64,000 bases of DNA from Takakia lepidozioides (Eukaryota > Plantae > Bryophyta): assembly GCA_030704615.1 (NCBI GenBank), contig CM060733.1, positions 71,486,001 to 71,550,000 on the forward strand. Direction: 5' to 3'. Below, piece after piece: positions 56,235 to 64,000 of the stretch. Within the stretch, counting starts at the first letter, position 1; each line of letters starts with the position of its first letter. Under the pieces are notes generated by a model. The model did no database searches and was not told the origin of the DNA. It worked only from the letters and a program-made list of their open reading frames with translations. The position numbers and the translations under genes are program-made.

Positions 56235-56370
56235 GTTCAAAACTTATCTGTACACATAGTTGCATTTCACTTCTCAGTGCTACGACAACTCTATCCAGAT
56301 GACATGAAGGTGATATCTCTATTTTCGGGGATTGGGGGGTACTAGAGATAACCTTCCACATATTAGTGCT
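56235..56370 (+). pseudogene. DRM: DRM-type cytosine methyltransferase fragment (motif X-I region)
   Basis: SVHIVAFHFSVLRQLYPDDMKVISLFSGIGG, then a frameshift to LEITFHIL. Matches the DRM pattern VAYHLSVLK.FP.G..VLSLFSGIGG.EVALHRL. Confidence 0.8.
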
Positions 56371-56735
56371 TGACGAGGCCACGGAGGACACACCACACTC
56401 ATAGGAATCTGTTGTTTACTCTTGAGCGAGTCAATGCACAGAGCTGTTTTTTTGTAGAGATAGAAAACATGCTACCATCTTAACAACACCACAGACGTTC
56501 CTGAGTGCAATGACGAAGACAGAACGAAACTCTCCTGAAACAGATGAAATCCATCAAAAGTCCTCCATTGAATTAACATTGTACCATTTTAAATAGTTGT
56601 CATTCCGGACGTGATGTGGCGCGGACACGTCTGCGTTACCTCGGACGTTACATCGAGATGTGCGTCACGTTTGGACGTCACGTGCTGTTGGTGGAGGATT
56701 TGAACGTCCAGACGTGACGTCCAAATGTAACGACT

Positions 56736-56885
56736 GCAATTATTGGCTATCATGACGTAGCCTCCCTGGGACGGAGAGATTTATTCAACCTTGTTATAAA
56801 TTACAATGGGTTCAATTTCATTGTTGGGGGTAGTCATTGTAATAATCTGTTCGGAAACAACCTCTCCGGGAACAACCAACAATAG
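56736..56885 (+). pseudogene. DRM: DRM-type cytosine methyltransferase fragment (motif III-IV region)
   Basis: YHDVASLGRRDLFNLVINYNGFNFIVGGSHCNNLFGNN matches DRM GGFDLVIGGSPCNNLAG.N. The catalytic PC reads HC. Confidence 0.78.
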
Positions 56886-57614
56886 CCCATCGAGCCGACA
56901 CCTATTGTTCATCGAAAGTCCTGATCCATTCAAGTAACATTATACCATTTTACTAAGTTGTCATTTCAGACGTGACGTGGACGTGACGTGACGGTCGCTC
57001 TCATATTTTTTATAAAAAGAAAATAAAGTGACCGCCCATTGACGGTCGTTATTTTTTTTGAATTTCAAAAATATTAAGCGACCGCCAGCTTATATTTTTA
57101 ATGTCATATTGCTCGTTTTCTATTTTAAAAATATGAAGTAACCGCCATATTTGCGGTCGTGTCATATTTGTTTTAAAAATAAATAAAACGACCGTCCATT
57201 GACGGTCGCTAATTTTTTGAATTTAAAAAATATTAAGCGACCGGCAGCTTGTATTTTTAATGTCATATTGCTCGTTTTCTATTTTTAAAAATATGAAGTG
57301 ACCGCCATATTTGTGGTCGCGTCATATTTTTTAAAAAAGAAAATAAAGCGACCGCCCTTTGACGATCGCTGCTTTCTTTTATTTAAAAAAATGAAGGGGG
57401 CGCCAATTGGCGGTCGCTTATTTTTTATTTTTAAAAATATAAAACGACCGCCATATTTACGGCGTCGTCATATTATTAAAAATAGAAATTAAATCGACGC
57501 CACTTGGTGGTTGCTGTTTTTTGTTAATTTAAGAAATGAAGCGACCGCTTCTTTTTGTTATTTTATTTTCTGTGGAATTCTCGGGGTTTTTTTTTTTGTT
57601 TTGGTTGCACAATA

Positions 57615-60319
57615 CCTAAGTTCTTGGACTAGAGACTACGTGAACATTCATAGTCTGGGCTCCGTCGTTGAGCACATACTATACAATAATTTTATATTCC
57701 AGAAAGAACCAATTTATTTTTTTCCATGAACTTATTGACTATTAGATATCCAATCATTGTCCGAGGAAAGCCCACTTCATGTGTGAAGAGTTGAAAAAAA
57801 CACTTGAAAACAAACAGATAAACTATCTTGCTTCATATATTGAAAGAACCAATTTTGTTTTTCCATGAATTTATTGAGTATTAGATATCTAATCATTGTC
57901 CGAGGAAAATCCACTTCATGTGTGAAGAGTTGAAAAAAACACTCCAAAACAAACGAATAAACTACTTGCTTTATATATTAAAAAACCAATTTTTTTCATG
58001 AATTTATTTAGTAATATATCCATTCATTGTTCTAGGAAAGCTATTTAGATATCCTATCATTGTCCGAGGAAAATCCACTTCATGTGTGAAGAGTTGGAAA
58101 ACAAACGAATAAACTACTTGCTTCATATATTGGAAAACCCAATTTATTTTTTTCCATGAATTTATTTAGTAATATATTCATTCATTGTTCCAGGAAAGCT
58201 ATTTTCCAAGAATTTGCAGGGACCAAAACTACTTGAAATTCCATATCTCCCACCCCGCAGGTCCAAAAATCATGAGAAGAAGCCGGTGCACCCCTACTAT
58301 ACATATATCCAATCATTTTCCGAGGAAAGCCCACTTCATGTATGAAGAGTTGAAAAAAATACTTGAAAAAAATAATTTACCTTGCTTCATATATTGAAAG
58401 AATCGATTTGTTTTCCATGAATTTACTGAATATTAGATATTTAATCATTGTCCGAGGAAAATCCACTTCATGTGTGAAGAGTTGAAAAAAGAACTTGAAA
58501 ACAAACGAATAAACTACTTGCTTCATATATTGGAAAAACCAAAAAAAAAAATTCCATGAATTTCTTTAGTAATATTTCCTTTCCAGGAATTTGTAGGGAC
58601 CAAAAGTACTTGAAATTCCATATCTCCCACCCCGCAGGTCCAAAAATTATGAGAAGAAGCCGGTGCACCCCTACTATACAAATATCCAATCATTGTCCGA
58701 GGAAAGCCCACTTCATGTGTGAAGAGTTGGAAAAAACACTTACAAATAAACTACCTTGCTTCATATATTGAAATAACCAATTTTTTTTTCCATGAATGTA
58801 TTGAGTATTAGATATCCAATCATTGTCAGGAATATCCACTTCATGTATGAAGAGTTGAAAAAAACACTTGAAAACAAACGAATAAACTACTTCCTTCATA
58901 TATTGGAAAAAACCAAAAAAAAAAATTCCATGAATTTATTTAGTAATATATCCGTTCATTGTTCCAGGAAAGCTATTTTTTCTAGGAATTTGCAGGGACC
59001 AAAAGTACTTGAAATTCCATATCTCCCAACCTGCAGGTCCCAAAATCATGAGAAAAAGCCGGTGCACCCTTACTATACAGATATCCAATCATTGTGCGAG
59101 GAAAGCCCACTCCTGTGTGAAGAGCTGAAAAATTAAGTATTAGATACCCAATCATGGTCCGAGGAAAATCCACTTCATATGTGAAGAGTTGAAAAAAACA
59201 CTTGAAAACAAACGAATAAACTACTTCCTTCATATATTGAAAAAACCAATTTATTTTTTTCCATGAATTTATTTAGTAATATATCCATTCATTGTTCCAG
59301 GAAAGCTATTTTCCAGGAATTTGCAGGGACCAAAAGTACTTGAAATTCCATATCTCCCACCCCGTAGATCCAAAAATCATGAGAAGAAGTCGGTGCACCC
59401 CTACTATACAAATATCCAATCATTGTCCGAGGAAAGCCCACTTCATGTGTAAAGAGTTGGAAAAACACTTGAAAACAAACAAATAAACTATTGAAAAATT
59501 CAATTGATTTTTTCCATGAATTTATTCAGTAATATATCCATTCATTGTTCCAAGAAGGCCCACTTTGCTATTTTCCACAAATTTCCAGCGACCATGTGTG
59601 AACCAGTGTTGGACCGGTATATAGGTCCAACCCGGGTATCAATACTGATATCAACCCGGGTAGGTAATACCATACCCGGGTGGTAGGTAGGGTCACGGGT
59701 GGCCAATACCCAGGCAATACCATACTAAGGGCAATATATACCTTGCTCTATATTATGGTATATACCATACACGTCTGGTATAGTGATGGACAAGATTGGT
59801 ACTGATACCAGTATTGTTGCTATGTGAGCCTCCAAAGGCACATTAAGTGTATGTGTGGAGTTAGGGCAAGGGAACTCAAGAGCATTTTGGCATTTATGGC
59901 ATCTGCTGTATACTCATGTGCAATGTGCAAAAATACATGTATGATATGGTATATTTTTGTAATGTGCAATGTGTATGAGCAATGTATTTGGTATGTGCAT
60001 TGTGTTGTAATTGTGATCCATTGTGAAGGTCAATTCTTTTTCTCAGGTTATTGAATATTTTCTTGAATATACTAAATGCCATTTTGGCTAAGTCTATATT
60101 GTTTGATTTCAAGGGTTTTTTTCAACTCTTCACACATGGTCGCTGGAAATTCGTGAAAAATAGCAAAGTGGGCTTTCCTCGGACAATGATTTGATCTGTT
60201 ATACTTAATAAATTCATAAAAAAAAATTACTTGGTTTTTTCTGGAATATAAGATGACTGTGCTCAACAATACAGTCCACACTATGACTGTTCACGTACTA
60301 TATAGTCAAAGAGCCTAGG
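57615..60319. mobile_element. Non-autonomous TIR element with an internal tandem array of about 120-bp units
   Basis: 57615-57800 and 60110-60319 are diverged inverted repeats (CCTA[AG]G...TACGTGAACA.TCATAGT...TTGAGCACA), each bordered by TA. The internal repeats share modules with 46430-49410 in reverse orientation. Confidence 0.65.
59604..59830 (+). mobile_element. Possible hAT-like end inserted in the TIR element
   Basis: Begins CAGTGTT and carries repeated ACCCGGGT/ATACC motifs. No matching second end was found. Confidence 0.3.
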
Positions 60320-60574
60320 TACAAAATCAAGTGTTCACACCAGTACGTTGGACTGGTATCACAAAAATATGATACCAGACTGGTCCTGGTATCACAAGGG
60401 CCCACATTTTCCCACATTTCATTTTATGGTCCTGGTATTGGGGTAAGGGGGCCAGGTAGGGTATGCGAGGGGTATATAACATAAAATTGTGGATGTATAT
60501 TAATAGGGTATCGATATTTGTTTTTTCCCATCTCATGTGAGGGGAATATGAATATTCCTTGGATATGTATAGGG

Positions 60575-61011
60575 ATCGCATTGCAACGCCCGAGGCGTCG
60601 TTCCCATTGTGACGGCCGCGGCGTCGCTGTATAACAACGACGTTTTCCCCCCCAAGACTGACCCTGCGACGCCCCAGGCGTTGCAGATATGGACTTCGTC
60701 AAAATGACAGTCCCTGGGTCGCTCTGTGACGCCCGCGGCGTCGCAGAGAATGTGATGGCAGCGGCGTCGCTATATAACTGTGACACTTTTGCCCTCCAAG
60801 ACTAAACCTGCGACGCCCAGGGCATTGCAGCTAGGGACTTTGCCAAATTGGCAGTCCCTCTGCCGCATTGCGATGCGTCAGGCGTCGCAAGAATTCGCTA
60901 CAACGCTCCCGACGTCGCACAAACCGTCGTGGCGATGGCGTCGCACGGGAAATGGGGCGCGGGGTAAACCCCCCCCCCCCCCCCCCCCCCCCCTTTCCTT
61001 TTGCAGTAGTG
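60575..61011. mobile_element. Orphan CACTA terminus with subterminal repeats
   Basis: Multiple GCGACGCC/GGCGTCGC repeats ending TTTTGCAGTAGTG (reverse complement CACTACTGCAAAA). Confidence 0.72.
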
Positions 61012-61247
61012 TAGGTCCCTCTAACACCGGATAGCTGACAAGTATCTACCCTAGTAAGATCATTGTTTGGTCTTCAATCGCACAAGTCCCAGTATCCGAA
61101 AGTCGATAGATTAAGAGGCCGGGTGCAAAAGTAGCCCCATCGTTAGTCGCATTCCTGCAATCCATGGCTTTCACTGCGGTATCCATGGCGTTGAACTCCC
61201 ACTAGCTAGACCTTGGGTCCTTGTTAACCTCACCATTGTCATGCCCA

Positions 61248-62817
61248 CTACCTTTGTCCAAGGCATCGTGGACACAACCATTCTCCGCTAGGAACCTCCT
61301 CAAGTGGTGGTGTCAAGCATACCATGTGCCACCCCCTTGAGCATTTGTCACACACCAACATGGTGGCTGCACCACCAGCATGCCCACATAGCATGCAACG
61401 CAACCCTGCAGGTACCACTGCAAGGTTGGGATCTATCCTCCCATCCACATGTGGAATGTGACATGGTGCACAATTACGCACATGGTCCTTCCATACCATG
61501 CCATCTCGACCCTCCAGAATCAACACTCGTGAAAGCAACACCTCCCGTATCCTGAGAATCACACGCCCTGCTGTGACATCCAAGGTCGTTGGTGTTGTTT
61601 GCTGCAGATACACATAGTCCCTAGGATGGAAACGCCAAACCCCTGGACGATATCCCCCTCCATGAATAGTGACATACCTCAATGTGTCTCGGTGTTGGGC
61701 AATGGCAAGGTTCTCAAAAGCCATAGGCATGATTCTCTTGAACAACTCTGCTCGCTGATCACACGCTTGTGTCCACACATTCGGATCATCAAGGTTGAGG
61801 ACTACTGCAGCCTCCCTGCGAATAGATGCAGACAAATCTGGCTCTCGGCCGAAGAGAAGAAAGTAAGAACGAGGCAAGTGATGCTTGCTTGCTAAACCTG
61901 TAGCCCATAGCCAACCAAAGTAGCTGAAGGTCCTAATCTCCTAGGTGTCCGTTCTACAAGCCATACTTGCGCAAGCCTCTCTTGACTGTCTGAACAACTT
62001 GCTCCGCCAAGCCATCAGCCTCGGGATTATCCCGAGAAGTAGTGTGGTGATCTATGAAGGCTTCCTCGCATGCCTGAAACTCCCCCAATAACTCTCTCCC
62101 TTGGTCCGTGAGTACCTCGGCTGGAGCACCAAACTGGCTAAGCACTCGATCTAAGAATGCATACGCAACCCCCTCACTTGCCTTGTCAGGCAATGCCACC
62201 AGTTCCATCCATTTGGATGTTCCACCATCACCAGCACATACTTGTTATGGCGAATCGTTAGTGACAATGGGCCTGCGAAGTCAAAACTCCAACAATAGCC
62301 CAAACCCATAATGGGTAAATGATGCAATTGTGGAGTAAGTGCATTGAAAGAAGCCCGCACTCTATCACACACCATGCACTTTGCTACTAACTGCTGCACA
62401 TCTGTGTGCATGCCCCACCACCAATACTGTCCTTGCAACAAACTATGAGTGTGCCGCACCCCAAAATGTCCCAACTCCTCATGGGCATGGCGTACCAATC
62501 GCACTCGTTGTTGGGTGAGGCACAATCCTTACTCGTCTATCCTCCCATACACGGAGTAGGTGAGTCCCCTCCCACTTGAACCTCTTGGCTCGTTGTAGGA
62601 TCCGATCTCTCTCCTTAGCAGTCGCACTGACTGCTGTCTCTCCGGTACGAAGGTAGGCCAATACTGCTGCATCTTCATGCACATCCTTAGCACCACCAAG
62701 CTCCTCACTGATCTCCGGATCGTCATGCACACCATCTACATGACCAATGGGATGGACCAGCTTGAGCTCCTTGACCCTGACCCTGTGCTCCTTCGTTTTG
62801 GTTACGACCTCCACCAC
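61248..62817 (-). mobile_element. Ty3/gypsy integrase remnant with a C-terminal PHD finger
   Basis: HEELGHFG...YWW...CMVC (H2C2), DFAGPL, VLTDQG and PEADGLAE (DDE core), then PHD CMLC...VCDKCSRGWHMVCL.PPL..VP.GEWLCPRC. Frameshifted. Confidence 0.9.
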
Positions 62818-64000
62818 GACCTCTGCCTCCTCTACCTCTCTGAACTACATTGCCTCGTCCTGGACCATCATTGTTCCCTTGGAACTGTCCATTAGGTTAC
62901 CACCACTCTCTTATATCTCATAGCAGAAACTACCGTTTTTTCAGATTTCTTCTCAAATTTGTTGACGTGACAACAACCCACACTCTATGTGCTAACATAA
63001 CTAAGACAACCAATTTAAACATGAAAAGGTTCTAACCACCTTCTTTATGTTCTCTTCAGCCCCCAGCTGGAAGTCTGTCACTTAAATACGAAACCCCAGG
63101 ACAAGCAAGCCGGTATAAAGGCCAAATTTTGGTTCTGTGTAGCAAACATACCCATCTTCCAATTACTCCAAGTCAAGAGTAACCTTGTCAGTCCTATCAC
63201 GTAACACATTGCTTGCTGATACTTGCCACAAATTCCTCGAATTGCTAGTCCCCAATCCCTATGCCAACGCCCAGCTCCCCCATCCCACGGACTTAGGAAC
63301 AAACAAACCGACCGACCACCTTCCTCTCGAACCCGACCACCCCATCCCTGTTTTCTTTCTCCTCCTCCGAGCCCCATCTCCGCCGTAAATTATCCTTAAC
63401 GCAAATTGACGGCCCTAAAATTCAAGATATGGGCCACATTTTTTGGAGGGGGCCCAAACTATATCTGCAAATGCATGGAGTGAATGAATGGACAGACCAC
63501 TCACTCAACTCTTCCTCATCCCCGACCTCTAATAACTTATTATACCGGCTTACAACTACACCACATTATTGAATATTGGAACAATTGATGTCTTTGGCAC
63601 GCCATGCATGAGTCTATGTCCAGAGGGGTAGCTAGCGGACTAGCCTAGCCTGGAATGTAGTAGGTATGCCATCACAAGGGCCATGTTCGACAATGTGGGC
63701 TAGGCTGACCATGCCCTTGTCAACGGGTAGCTGATTTCACGATTTCACAAAGCTCTAGCAAATCAATCGACGTTTCAATCCTGATGGATGGATCATGGCC
63801 TGGTCCGGTAGCAAGTTCCACTAGGCATATTTTGGATGGCCTGCTATGCACGGTAGCAAGGTTGCTACCTAGTTCAAGTTAATGAATTGGTTGGCCCGTA
63901 TGTTTGGTGACATGATTACTTGACAATTCTGTTTTCGACGCATTTTCAGCCATTTTGGAGGAGGATTCCACTGGCGTAATTTGGGGTGTCAAGAGCTTGT

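Larger units (their letters stand above)
52180..57550. repeat. Mosaic of GACCGC/GCGGTC palindrome arrays, GACGTGACGT junction motifs and short duplicated fragments
   Basis: Same motif family as the 41-46 kb arms. 52180-52290 is duplicated at 52830-52950, and 53855-53935 at 54415-54495. Confidence 0.75.

Overview
Repeat-dense nuclear DNA of a land plant. The TE families look moss/bryophyte-like, which is an inference. The only intact host gene is a 5-exon chloroplast GAPDH A subunit (GAPA, minus strand, 21745-24681, 407 aa). About 1-16 kb holds two decayed, convergent Mutator-like (MULE) transposases and their probable cargo: an ORF resembling a dsRNA-mycovirus protein, an SGS3-type zf-XS finger ORF and a GAR1 fragment. 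This block ends in a TIR-like terminus at 16008. A complete 11.1-kb CACTA element (29403-40548, 19-bp perfect TIRs, GCA target-site duplication) has TnpD and TnpA-like genes arranged head-to-head, an embedded NIF/FCP1-type phosphatase and further ORFs. A 5.2-kb foldback (41102-46314) has arms that each carry a Ser/Thr kinase pseudogene and an array of short palindromes, around a Ty1/copia fragment. Related repeats at 52-57.5 kb flank two pieces of a DRM-type DNA methyltransferase. The rest is composite repeats with tRNA-like boxes, a LINE 3' end, an orphan CACTA end and a PHD-finger Ty3/gypsy integrase. All protein family calls come from motifs recognised by eye; no searches were run.
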